DNA of 64,000 bases from Geosiphon pyriformis uo1 (taxonomy: Eukaryota; Fungi; Glomeromycota), in NCBI GenBank assembly GCA_016748015.1, contig JAAOMT010000129.1, positions 434,001-498,000 of the forward strand, in the 5' to 3' direction. The position numbers and the translations under genes were made by a program. Every line of letters starts with the position of its first letter. Position 1 is the first letter of the stretch. The notes beneath the pieces were generated by a model, which saw only the letters and a list, made by a program, of their open reading frames with translations, had not been told where the DNA came from and did not search any database. Of the stretch, positions 38,037 to 51,933 are shown piece after piece.

Positions 38037-41000
38037 CTAGGCATCTATACGCACTGAGATAGGAATAGAACCATCACATGAGATCAAGCCACTTTTCTCC
38101 ATAACAGCTCTGTGTTTCGCATGTACCAGCCAAATATCATCACGGAATGCAAGACAGAATTTGCAAACAAATGCCACAATATTTTGAGCTGCCATTTTAG
38201 AGTCCTTGAAAACAGAAAAAGATTCACAATACCACTTATTGAAACCAAAGCCCTTACTTATAGCCATACTAACAACAGCATTGGAAGTGCAATCAGAAAG
38301 CGACTGTGAAACACATGAAGTCGAGCGAGACAAACCCGAGCACATTTCCCAAACAGATGTATAAGCATTCATCAACCGAGCACAATTGCTAGCATTGAAA
38401 GGGCAAGAAAAAACATGATCTGAAATCTCAACATCACCACAAAACAAACACATCACAGGGGTATTCCTTACTGTACAGTCGCTTACGCACAGCAACAGGA
38501 AGATGATGATGCAATGTCTTCATAAAATATGTCTGAGAACTAGCTGTATGAGTACTAGTGAAACCAGCAGCCAAATGAGAGTCCAGATGTCACACCAAAC
38601 ATGATCTGGACCAATCAACATCAACACGCAGGCTGTCCACCAAAACCTGAGAACCAGAACCAATCTCCCAATGTGCATGGTAAATAGAGTGGAAAACACC
38701 ATGAACAAAATGTCTAGAATTACCAAAAACCACAGCACCACCAGCCCTGAGAAAATGTTCATCGATCCTGTGAGGAAGATGCACACCAAAAGATGCAGCA
38801 GCCCTAGCCAAAGTGTCAGCATGCTCATTGCCCAATATCCCAGAGTGACCTCTAACTTTAATCCAATTAACATCCAAATTCTTGTGACAAATGACATTAG
38901 AAATATGGCGGCATTTGACCCAACACCGATTTCTGAAATCTGGACGACCCAACATTAACTCTGACTTGCAAGCATCCAAAGCGGCCTGGCTGTCCGAAAA
39001 CAGATTGACCAAACAAGAAAGAGGAATGCACTCGAGAGCCAAAGAAATGGCCTGTAACTCCACCATGGTAGAAGAAACCAAACCAGAAACTTCCACACCC
39101 AAACCCAAATCAATGTCCCCAAAAAAAGCAGTGGCGCTAGCCTTCATACCAAGAGTACCCAGCCCATACAGAGAACTATCCATAAACAAAAAAAGGCGAT
39201 CAGAATCAACCTCCAACAAATGATTGCAAACAACATTAAACTCACAAGACTTAAGGATGTCAGATGAAACAACATTCAGTGGTAAAAGAGAGCAAACAAG
39301 AAAAGACCCAGAACCAGACAAAAAGCGAACAGCAACATTGAACCAATCAGGAACCAGGCTCCAAGGGTCCAGTCTCTTCTACCGCTTGAAAGTCCTCCAT
39401 TCAAAAACAAAACCAGTTCGATCGCAAAGCTGCTCAATGAAGGCAATTCCATATCACTGAAGTGAAGAGACACATTTATAAAAAGCTGGCTCGCCAAGAA
39501 CAATAGACATTGGGGTTCCTTTTTGAAAACAAAAAGCTTTGGTCATGAGACCACCCAGAGAAAGGTCACAACCCAAAAAAATCCGGACGACACCAGCCAA
39601 AAAATTATTCAAAGGACTGACACTAATATGAGAAGAGAAAAGCAGAGGGTGGCGAAGGCGCCAGCTAAAAACTTGTAAGTCATGAGACCTATGCGCAAAC
39701 AAGCAGCCCAAGATACCTACAGAATTAGTGAAGCAAACAACAGCAGCTGACTTGCTTTCTGCCTGGACCTGTTCAAAAGATTTCAACCCGTACAAAGAAG
39801 GATAATGAACAGCATCATTGGGAAAGTCGAGCGGCAGGCCAGATTTGAACTTCAAAACTTTACAAATCATAGTGTCCCATTTCGCATACACACTAATAGA
39901 AACAAAACTAAACTGAGTCCTGTAGGCAATGATGGGATAAAGAACTGCTGAGACCAAATACGAGAACTGCTTATCAGAGATAGCTTTTTTCAGAACAATA
40001 TTGGTGAAGAACTTGACATCCAAGCATGTCTTAGCCAAGCTAGGCTTCGACAAACCTTCAGTAGACAAAAAGATACCCAGGTATCAATGAGACTCTCTCC
40101 TTTTGGCTATCAAAATAGGCAAACCACTGATCAACAAATGAGGATCGGAAACTCTGCAATTAATGGGAATGGCCACCATCTTGTTATTATTGATCAAGAT
40201 GTCATTGACTTGAAAGAAATCACTAGCAACATTAAGAATATGTTGGGTGGCAGCCTGGCTGCTACCAATCCAAATCGTATCATTGACAAAAGCACCAGCT
40301 GCGAGGAAAAAAATTAAACCAGCCCAAGATTCAGCACAACCAGTGTTAACAACACAACAAAAGTCTAACCTGTATCCACATACACTTTTTTGTCTCTTGA
40401 CTTCACACAAAAAAGGATCATAAAATATGCGCCAGAGAAGAGGAGAAAACACCTCCCCTTGGTCCAAGCCATCATGAACCTGATATCCATTAGTCAACCC
40501 AAAATCTGTCATAACTCTGTTGATCCGATCATTGTGGATGCTACCAAAAAATCGAATGAATTTGTCACACATCTTTATTCTAACCAAGCTTTTTCTCAAA
40601 TGTTCCCAACCAACAGAGTCATAAGCCTTCTGCATGTCCTGCAAGACCAGCCACAGCTCTCGGTTCTTTTCCAAAGCATCTTCTATGACTGATCCAATAG
40701 CGAAAATAGGAGATTGCGTTGTCATACTTTTTAAGACAGAAAAATTATTCCCTCTCAGAACATCAAAAACACTACAAGCCGAAGAAATCCTGTCCAAAAG
40801 CACTTTAGAAAGGATTTTGCGAGCCGTCTCAACCAAAGCAATAGGACGGGTATTCATGAGAACACCCTCCCACTCATATGGTTTGGAGATCATCGACACC
40901 CAAGCCTCCTTCCAAGGCCCAGGAACAGATTCACGCTCCAAGCAAACATTCAAAAGCACTAAAAGCATATCCAAAACTGATTTGTCACAATGTTTCCACA

Positions 41001-42593
41001 ACTCATTCAAGATACCAGAGAGACCAGCTGCTTTTCTATCAAACAGACTTGAAATGACACTAGACATCTTATCAAAATCAATCAGGCACATTACACTAGA
41101 AAAAGCGTCATCAAAAACATACTCCAAAGGCTGGTATTGGCGACTCCAGACACCAGTAACATCAAAAAATACACCGCACTTCCTAGTCCAAACCTCCATG
41201 ACCGCATCTACTTTGGCCTTAACCAAATCAGGCTCCAACACCAACTCATCATCAACAACCAAATAATCTAAAATTACCTTGTGAAAAAGACGTTCCAACA
41301 CGCTCTTAATAGTAAGACTCTTGTCCAACTCAAAACTTTCCATCCTTTTATCTATCGCTGACCTGATCTGAGATTCCTTAACCCACTCTGCTTCAGACAT
41401 CTTGGAGGAGCGATAAGACTTTTTGACTTTGGACAAAACTGACCGAATAGCATCAAAGTGGGAACCTGACAGGAAGAGAGACCTCACCATAAAGGCATTG
41501 ACTGAATCCACACCTTCCCACCTGTCGAGCAAGGATGTAAACTCCTCAGCAGAATCCAGACAAGATGCTTTAACTAACTTAGACACCAAGAGCTCTAGCC
41601 TGTGAAACTTGGATGATTCCTTGCTAAAAATTTTATCAAAGTCCTTGAACCACTTCCTCTTAAAAACTGCCTCAGCAGACAGACACATCACTTTATGAAG
41701 AGCAACCCACATCAAATCCAAGTCTGAGTGGATCCTGGCTGCAAGAAAATTGTCATAAAACATAGCAGCATTCACCGCAGTATCCTTCTCAAATTTGGCC
41801 TATTTAATATCATCCGCACCTTGCAATTGTACTTCCAGTGATCCTTATTTGCCTGCTTGCAGACAGAATTCAATTGGACATCTAGCAGACTGTCTAAACC
41901 CACTCATACTGAAACAGCCTGATGATTAGTATCAAAGTATTTCCCAACACTAACCATGTCGCAACCCACCACTGCATTGACTAGGTTTGAAGAAATGAGC
42001 ACATAATCAATCGTCTTAGCAACGTCCTGAGAATTAGACCAAGTTGGCAATTTTCCACAGGAGTTCTCACCCAAGGCATTAACCAAACCCATGTCCAGGC
42101 ATTTCCTAAAACTTGCACACTTACGAGAGCCATCTTCATTAAAATCGCCACTAAGAATGATGAAAGAAGATTCATTGACAGCCTTTGTAATAAGAAAGTT
42201 GATGTCGCCAGCTTGAGAAAACCGAGCCACCGAAGAGGCACCAGCATACAGCCCCAAAATTGACACAGACAGTTTATTCTTGAAAAGCAACCTGATGGAC
42301 AGGAGCTGATCAGGCACTTCTGAAATCTTACAAACATGTTGCGCCAAAAAAAAATCCATGACAATCACCACACCTGCACCTAGATAACCAGATTCCATAC
42401 CAGAGGTAAACACCCATACATCATCAAATTTGTTGACAATCCAGGGGCAAACCTTTTCCTTTAATTTTGATTCCATGAAAATAGAAACTAAATTGTTCAT
42501 ATCCTTATGCCAACAAATGATATCATCCTGTTTCGCAGGATTGTTCATTCTTCTTATATTACACATAGCCACCTTCCAAACCAGGTCACTCAT
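38037..42593 (-). pseudogene. LINE-B ORF2 (APE endonuclease, RT, RNase H, zinc motif)
   Basis: ILSGDFN and TWS...IDY (APE); RPIALVE, LQDMQKAYDSV, GLDQGEVFSPLLW, AFVNDT (RT); ELQA, FSDSQ, KVRGHSGILGNEHAD (RNase H); CLFCGDVEISDHVFSC. Confidence 0.92.
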
Positions 42594-44464
42594 TGAGAAT
42601 AGGAGGACACCTGAGACCTTGAGCTAGCATACAACTAATCAAACTTCCCCAGAATCACACCAATAGAGGTGTCGAGAGCTGCCAGCTTAGATTCTAAAGA
42701 ACCCACCTTAGAGGTCAAAATCTTTGAACTACTTGAACCCAAATCTGAACCAACAGAAGGAAGTGAAGATGTCACCACAGAAACAGTCAGAGTAGCATCC
42801 AAAACCATATTAATATCGGCAGCCACTGGGACAGCCAAAACACCAAAAAAAAAAGGAGGGGGGGCCAAAGGCACCAAATTCACGCCACTAAGTTTGCACA
42901 CAATACGAGAAACCTGATTATGTAGGAGTCCCAAGGAACGTTCCAAAGATGCCAAATGAGCACTCAACAAATAATCGTCATTTGGAAGTAGAGGACCACC
43001 ACCACCTAGACCAGGAATACCAAGAAAGAAGGCACTAGAGTCAAAACCAGAACCAGAAGAGGAACCATCAGAAGAGAGAGCAAAAGACACCACTTGGGCT
43101 CATGACTTGCCACCAAAAGCAGCAGGGCGAGAGATAGGAACATTTTTCCTTGTGTACAGTTTGGCCAGCTAAAGGCAATTAGCACTGGAGGCAGGCTTTT
43201 TAAATGAAGATAAGAGCACAAGAGACGATACATTTGAAGCATTACACTCAAGAGCTGAATGACCAAGACGTCCACATTTCCCACACTGAATTACATCAAA
43301 TCTAGCCCATGAGAGTCGAACACCACCAAGAACAGACTCAGTAAGAAAAGCAGAATTCAGATCATTCTTAGATTCGAAGCCAACCACAGCACAACAAATT
43401 CTATTACCAGTGTCCAATGAATAATTAATGATGCAAGTCTTACCACCAGTCCTATCCAAAAGATTACTAAGATCATGCACCATTGTTCCCACCAGCAATA
43501 TAAACAGAAGCGCCCTAAAACGATCCTTAGAGGCCCAGATATCACGATCTCTCATGGCTTTGGCCACATGCACTGAATTTTTCCCAATTAAGAATAACCA
43601 TCTTGACGCTAACTCATCTGCTTGACTCAATTCGGCAAACTCCACCACAGCCTTCTGCCACATGCCAATTAACTGAATCTTGATCGACTTGATTTCTCCA
43701 AACTTGGCAACTGCGGTGACAATCATTTCCTTTGGGGTATCCATGGGAATTTCTTTGATCACCATGGCTCGATCTGAACGTACTCCTAATTTTATGAGAT
43801 CAGTGTTTACGATGATCCCTTTTTCCCTGGCTAATGACGCAGCCTTTCTCATGCTTTCCTCTGATGTGAAAGTAGATCTGATGATTCCTTCAAATTTTGA
43901 GGGGGTAGTGGCCCCCCCAAAACTATTGACTAAAGAAAAAATTTTCCTAATTAGCCGGGTCTTTGCCATTGCTGAATTACCCTCTACAGCTGAGAGATCA
44001 ATATCCAATGCAAAGGATTTTTTGATTGATACTTCCACAGGAGTTTTAATAATTTTTGGATTGATCCACTTTTTTTCCAGAGAGATAGGCAAGCAAGGAG
44101 GAAGCACAATTTCATCATCATCCATAGCAAAATTAGGAAAACCAAGTGAAGAGCTGAACACTGTATCAGTATTAACATGTTTTGCTTTGGGAGTAGTGAC
44201 AGCCGAGCTCAGTGGAGACCTCTCACTTATACCAAACATGCCAACATCCTCATTATTACCAGATATACTATCCACATCAGAATACACACTATCATCAGGC
44301 CCAGATTTACTCAAAGAGATATCCTTCTCATCACCAAAGTGTTTAACATTTCCAAGAACCACCTTTTTTTTCTGAGCAAAAGAACCACCAGCAGGACCAT
44401 GGAAAGCACCTTTGAGCACCTTCTTTTTGGACATATCACTGCTTGAAGCAGTCTTCAAATCCAC
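42590..44464 (-). pseudogene. LINE-B ORF1 (RRM-like region, CCHC knuckle, predicted coiled-coil C-terminus)
   Basis: VIKEIPMDT...KFGEIKSIKI...AVVEF; CGKCGRLGHSALEC; premature TAG at 43169 and 42635; natural stop at 42590. Confidence 0.85.
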
Positions 44465-45049
44465 GACAAAAGGATTATTTAAAGAAATGTTGAAAGATTT
44501 GACAAGAAAAAACAGAAAACTTCTTTTTTAAAAATGCACCTTTTTAAGAATTTTTAGGAAGTAAGAGAGAAAAAAGTTTCTGCTACAATTATCTTTAAAT
44601 AATTATATATATTAAACTGTAATATTTAAAAAAATTTTGTAAAAATATTAATAAAAACTCTGTAGTATTATTTAAATTTGAAATTATTAAATTAATTAAA
44701 ATATAATTAGTAAGATTATAAAAAAAAACATTAATAAAATTTAACAATTATAATTAGATTAATTTTTGGCTCTTAAATAATTTATTTTAATTAAAAAACA
44801 CAGTACATGTAATTAATACCAATATTAACAATTTTTTTTAGAATATTAAAAATATTAATAAGATTTTGTTTTATATTTTGTTAATAAAAATAATTACATA
44901 TTATCTGTAAAATTTTTTAAAATTAATTAATAAAAAAACATATATAATTAATTATTATTTTAGTATATATGCTTATATAAAAAATAAAAAAACTTCATTT
45001 CTTATTAATTTTTTGCTTATAATAAAACTATTAAAATTTAGAAAAATGT

Positions 45050-48000
45050 TATTTTTTTATCTATTTTTCTTTTACTTGTTCTTCTTTTTTAATTATTTTT
45101 TTTAATACAAATTTATTTTTGGTTATGGAATTGGCTAACAGTTTAATTAAAGTTATAAATACTAACAAAAGTAGTATGAAAAACCATTTTAATCAAAAAA
45201 ATTATAATGTTTATGTATATAATTTAAAAAGCTTTGCTAAATAATCTAAATAAATTGCTGTTAAGTTTAGGATTATAAACTTCTCAATTAAATTTTTAAT
45301 CATAAATGTACAAAAAAAATGACATGATTAAGTACTATTTTTAGAACAGCATATTTGAAAATAAAAGTAAAAATATTAATAAAACATCTAATTTAAAAAA
45401 TTTAAAAAACATAATAGTAGAAAAAACAAGCTATATTAATTTAAATAACTTAAGTAATAATAATAAACTTATAAATAAGATTATGTTAAGAAACACTTAC
45501 ACCAAAATTTACAATTTAATTGTATTTCCTAAAAACTGTCTTTTAATATGCCAAGTAATAATAAACATTTTAATTGGCTATTGTTTATATTTATTGGTAT
45601 TAATATATACATAATTGCAAATATTAGAAAAAGTAAAAGTTTTAAACTGGTTAAGATATTTGTGTTGAATATTAATTTTACTGCAATTTTTAATAAGTTT
45701 TTGAACAAGAAAGTAAAATTTGTTAAAAAACTTTTTTACTAAATTAATAGTTTTGGAAAAGCATTAACTTTTTCAAAATTCCAAGACATTATTAAAGCAT
45801 TGTTTATATTTAAAGCTAATTTAAAAACTGTTAAACAACTGATTATAAGTAAAAAAATTTTGGTTAATATTAATTTAAAAAAAATTAAAACTAGATTAGA
45901 TCAGAAAATTATAGTTAAGAAAATTCCAATATATTTTTTTAAATTAATGCTTAAAACAACACTATTTAAATTTGGCAAAATTGTTTTTATTAAAATACAG
46001 CTAATTAATTTTTGTTAAGTTCAAATATTTTAAAGTTGTGTTTTTTAAATAATTAATTCTTTTAGATAAAAACTTAATACACATAATAAAAACTAATATG
46101 TGCTTTAATTTTACTGTAATTAGAAATACTGTTATTTTTTTAATTTTAATCTTCAAAAGTATGGATCTAATTTGAACCGAGCTTTTTAGTTTAATTTGTG
46201 TTAAATAAGAAAAAAATAGGAATATTTTCAATGCTTATAAGCCAAATTATAAGTTTTTTGATCAAAGTTTAAAGAAAAAATCCTCTAATTTTAACAAAAA
46301 GCATTTTGCTTTAATTTATACAAAAAAACAAGCTTTAGTGTTTTATCTGGTGTTTTTTAGTAATATTACTTAGACTTTTATAGTAAATAATATTTTAAAT
46401 AGTTTTTTATTTATATTATCAACTAGTATTCTTTTGGCAAATTTTTTACTTAACATTCTTAATAATGCTTTAGTAGTTTTAACTTTGTTTTTTAAACTAA
46501 GTGTTTTTAAATATTCTTTGGGACTTTTTTTGGATTATGTAGTTAAACTTTTTTTAAAATTAAATATACTTTGTTTATTAATATTGTTTTTAAGTATTGA
46601 AGTATTATTTACATAATTTGCTAAACCAAATTTAATTTTGGACATTATTATACTGTTGTAAATTTTTTATATATTATTAATTAATGTTATTATATTAAAA
46701 AATGTATTTTTTAATGGGTTTAAAATTCTGACTATTAAAATTAACAGCCTAGAAGCCAATATAATAGTCCTAAAAAAATTGATAAAAGCAATTTTGAATA
46801 AGCTAGAATCTTTTTGTTTAAACAATAGTATAGTATCTTCTTCTTATTTTTAATAAGTATCTTAACTTAAAAAATAACTATATATAATATTAAAAAAATA
46901 AATATTTTTGCCAAACAAAATGATATTATTAGATAGCATAGAAAATCAGAAAATAATATTTTAATTATTATTAAAACTAAACTCTATTTTGGTATTAAAT
47001 TATGAATTGTAAATAAATTTTTAAACATGAAAGTATTTATTTCTGGTTTGAATTCAGATTATTTAAATACTAATATTGTTTTAATTGTAAATAAATATTT
47101 AATTAAACATATTTCGAAAATTTTGGAAATTTTTGGTAGGTTTTTAATAATTTATTTATTGTTTAAAAACAAACAATCAGTTTTTGTATTAGAATTATAT
47201 ACTAATACATTTTTGGAAAAGTATTTAAACCAAACTATTAATATTATTAATTTTTTTATAACTAATATATTCAATAAAAATATTTTTGTTATTTTAAAAA
47301 GTAATTTTAATAAAAAGAGTATTAAGTACAATACTAGTTTTAAAAATATGTGGATCTAAATTTAGTTAATTTCTTAATTAATAGTTTTTTTTTAAGTTTT
47401 TTAAATGAAAAAACTCTAAAAATATTAATAAAACTATTAATTTTTATTTTATTTTATTCAACTTGGTAATATGTTAACTAATAAAAAAATTATATATATA
47501 AATAAATTTTTTAATACTAATTATAATAGTGCTTATATAACTGTTAGTTTTGGTGGTTTTTTAAATATAGTTTTAAGAAAAATTTATATATAGATTAATA
47601 AGAATCGATAGAAATTTAATATTAAAAATGCTAATAAAATAAAGTAAAGTTTGTTTAAAATTGTAATGCTTAATACTGCTGTTATATATATTAATGAGTT
47701 TATTATTATAAATTTTTTTTTAAATATAATTAAAATATAAAATGTTATTTGTAAAGTGGTCTGTTTTTTAACAAATAAGATTTTTTCTAAGTTCTAATTT
47801 AAAAACTATAACAGTATTTTTACCAAATTTTTATTTTATTTTTACAAACTAGAAACTTTAGTCTTTAAGTTGATTAAAATTTTTTATTTAGTCTTAAGTA
47901 ATATGTTTAATTCATCTTTAAAATCTTGATTTTTTTTGATGTTGATAATGCTTTTAAAATAATAATACTTATTAATTTAAGTATTTATTTTAATATTATT

Positions 48001-48307
48001 CAATCTGTTTTGTTAAAACTAAAAAATTTTATCAGATTTTAAAAATTATGAAATCTTAGTATGCTAAAAAAATACTTATTAAGTTTATTATTAACAAAAA
48101 AATAAAAAGTTTTGAAATAAACAAAAACCATATAATTTAAAGTGTTTTGGGATATTTTTTCTATAAGATAATATTAAAATATCTAATAATTGATAAAAAA
48201 CTGATGTTAAAATTTAAGTTGGTCAAGTTTAAAGTAAATATAATTATAAAAAATTAGATAAAAAAACATAAATGTTGAAAAAAGTGCTTAAAATATAATA
48301 TTAACAG
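45050..48307 (+). mobile_element. Heavily decayed LINE (ORF1 and endonuclease part of ORF2), interrupted by an LTR element
   Basis: IIVKKIP...KFGKIVFIKIQLI (ORF1); MKVFISGLNSDYL...LLFKNKQSVFVLELY...ILKSNFN (endonuclease). Confidence 0.8.
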
Positions 48308-51300
48308 TATTATTAAAAGTTTTTGGGGTTTTTTTTGAATGTTGTTGTTGTTACTTTGCTGTTAATTTCTAATTATTGAAAGCTATTAAACTTTTAATAA
48401 CTAAATTTATCTTTAAATTATCTTTTATAATTTGAATAACTGAATTTATAAGTAAAATGACCAATTAAATACCAGTTATTTATATAATTATTTTGCAGTA
48501 AAAATTAATTTTTTTTCAAAAAATGCTTATCTAAAAGCTTATTAAAATGTGTAATTATTTTGTTGTAAAAGTTACTTTTTTACAGAAATTTTGTCTGTAG
48601 ACTATTTTAATATATATAATAAAAAAAATATAAAAAAATATAAAAAAAATAAAAAAAAGAGATTTTATTAAAGAAATTGTCTTTTGTTTAAATTTAAAAT
48701 TATTAATAGATTACTAAAATTGGTAATTAATAGATTACTGAAATTGGTAATTAATCAATTTCAAGACATTAGTTAGAATTCAGAAAATTTCAAGTGAAAT
48801 ATTTATAAATTTTGTTGTTTTTAATATGGTTTTTATTGGAATAATTTGTATAGACACTAAGAAAAAAATTTTTAGTAAAAATAATTCTAACTAAGATATA
48901 TTTTCTCAAAAAAAAAAGCTTTTTTTTATATAATTTGTTGTAGTATTAGTCTATAAACTTGTATTTTTTTTTTGTTATTATTTTATTATACTAATAATAT
49001 ATTTTGGTAATTTATAAGTTATTTTTACAAACTATTAAGTATTTTGGTAAATTATTAATTATTTCAACAAATTTTAAATATTATATAATTTAGGATAATA
49101 TGTAATCTAATTATTATAATTTGTGTATTATATAAATTAAATATTAATTAAATAATAGTATTTAATAATATAATTAAAAAATAAGTAATAAATAAAATAA
49201 TAATAATATATACTAATTAATATTAAAAATTATAAAAGTAATTTTATGTTAATTATTAACTAAATTCTATTAATAACATAATTTTTTTTAAAACTAAGTT
49301 TTGTTAAAGTTTAAGTATTATCTGTAATATTAAGATAGTAGTTTAAAATAATTAAAGTAATTTGGTTTAAAAATTGTTGAAATTTCAGTTTTGTGATTTT
49401 TTTATGTATTAAATCTTTAATAATTAAAATATTGGGTTTTATAGAACATCTTTACAAATATTAAATAGGTTATAAAGTCTAAAAACTGCTTTAAATTTTT
49501 AATAAGTGCTTATTAATTTAGCTGCTGTTTTAAATTTATTGTGTATTTGTTTTTAAATAGCTTCAAAAATAAAATTTGTTGTTTTAAGTTTCAGTTTTTA
49601 TTTATAAAATGTTTTTCTAATATGAAAATATTTATAAATAAAAGTATGTATATTGTTTTTTTTATTAAGACATAGTTAAAGTTTTTGTTAAATTATAACA
49701 TTTAATAAAATATCAATAAAAGTAAATAAAAATTTTTTTTAAAGCTTGCTTTAAAAGTTCTTATAATTAAATTTCAAAATAACTTTTTGTGTTTTTTTTG
49801 TATAAATAATAATTTTGAAAATTATTTACTATTGAAATTATAGTTTTTTTTTAATTATAATTAATTTGACTTTTATTAATTGTTATGAATAAGTTAGGAA
49901 TTGTTTTTAAAGCTAATATTAATTTTTGAAATATTTGTTAAATGTTTTAGAAAATAAGCATTATAAAATTTGAATAAAAAAAATATATAATAAAATTTTA
50001 TAAAAGAAAAAAAGGCAGAAAAATAAAAAATTGAATTATTTTTGATATATAAATTTTTGATATATATTTTTTTTGGTAATTATTTTGCTATTTTTGTTTT
50101 TTGTTTTTTTTTTAAAAAATATTAATATATTAAATGTTTAGGTTTGATTGTTGTTTTATTATAACTATTAATTCTAAATTTTAAAAAATATCTTCAAAAT
50201 TAATTAAAAAAAAATGTATACTAATTTGTAAAATTAATAATTTAAGATTGATTTTAAAACAATAATGTTTTAAACAATTTTTATGTACAATTTTTGCTAA
50301 AACTTTGTTATTAAGCTTTAATTTATATAATCTATTATTTAAAACTTTATAAATATAAAATAGTTCATTTTATTTATGATTAAATTTTTTACTTTATTGT
50401 TTTTTAGCCTTAATTTTGTGTAAAAAAACTTTGTTTCCAACTTTGAATTTATTGGTAACAGATGGCAATTTATTATTATATTGTTTTTTTTGTTAATTTT
50501 GAGAATATGTAATATAATTGGCTGCTATTTGTTATTTTTTTTTAAAGTATTAAAAAAAATATAAGCTTTTTATTAAAGTGTTTCTTAAAAGTTTTCTTTA
50601 GTAATTAATTATATTGAATATGTTTTTATGATAAAATTAATTAGTAATATTGTTGTTTTTTTATAAGATAAATCAAATAGTATATGTTTTATTGTATTTT
50701 GTTTTAGTGTTTTATAGACTAACAACACTAATGGAATAAAGATATTTTATTTTTATTCGAAATTAGTAAAGATTTTGGCTAATAATTCACATAAGATTTA
50801 ATTGAATTGTTCTACTAATCTATTTGTTTGTAAGTAATAAAATGATAATAAGAGTCTTTTACAATTGAATTATTTACAAGTTTTTTGTATTAGGTTGTTT
50901 ACAAAATGTGTTTCTTAATTAGATAAAAGTTTAATTAAATATCTATGTCTATAAATAATGTTTTTGTAAATAAAATTTGTTACTAATTTTGTATTTGCTT
51001 GCTAAATAACTCTAACTTTAGGCCATTTAATAAATTAATTTACAGCAATTGTAATATAATAGTTTTCTTGAGTTGTAATAGATAAAAGTTTAACTAAGTC
51101 AATTTTTATTTTGTTAAATAATTATTTAATTTTAATTGAATTTAAAAGTTCAATAAAGCAAGTTTCTTTTTTTTTTTAACAATTATTATAAAATTTTATA
51201 TATTATTAGATATTTTTTTACATATGTAACCAAAAATAATATTCAAGTGTTTTTTAAATTGCTCTATCTCTTTTTAAATATATAAAAAAAAAATCTGTAT

Positions 51301-51933
51301 ACATATTATATAGAATTGTTTTTTTTTTTGTTTTGTTGGATTACTCTAAGTAAATTTATTGGGTTTTTGTAATTTTAGAAATAAATTTTGTTGTAGTAGA
51401 TAAAACATTATTTTACTTGGTTTTGTAATTGGTGTTTTTCTACTAAAGACTAATTTTTTGACATGATAAAAGTCTCTAAATAGTTTTTAATATTGTTATA
51501 GTTTTCAAAATCCATTGATTATTAATTGTTATTTTTGAGTTAGTAAATTGTTAATATTAATTCTAATTTTGTCTTATTTTAAAAGACTATCTATGTTAAT
51601 ATGTAATTTTTTTAATTTATGGTAAATTACATATTTATAATCGACTAAAAAATCAGTCTATTGGAATTGTTTTGCACTAAGTTCTGAGTTTTTTTTGTTG
51701 AGTTATTTAAGGCCAATATTATTAATAATAATGTCAATTTTTTTTTATAAGTATTGTTGAAAGTATTTGAAAACTTAGATAATAGCTGTTGCTTTCAATT
51801 TAGTAGATTCATATTTTGTTTTTGTAAATTTAAAAGTTCTATTGGTATAAGCAATAGCTTGTTATTGTTTTTGTTATTTAATTATAATAAAATAGTACTA
51901 AAAACTATATATAAAGCATTAGTGGCTAACTAG

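Larger units (their letters stand above)
37900..44579 (-). mobile_element. Full-length LINE copy B, the least decayed repeat in the window
   Basis: Long residual ORFs (431 aa, 563 aa, 243 aa); A-rich tail at about 37900-37923; same 5' terminus as copy A. Confidence 0.95.

Noticed and set aside
40634-44446. Long plus-strand ORFs (40634-41266, 43680-44375 and others)
   Set aside because: Antisense shadows of LINE ORF1/ORF2 with no recognisable motifs of their own.
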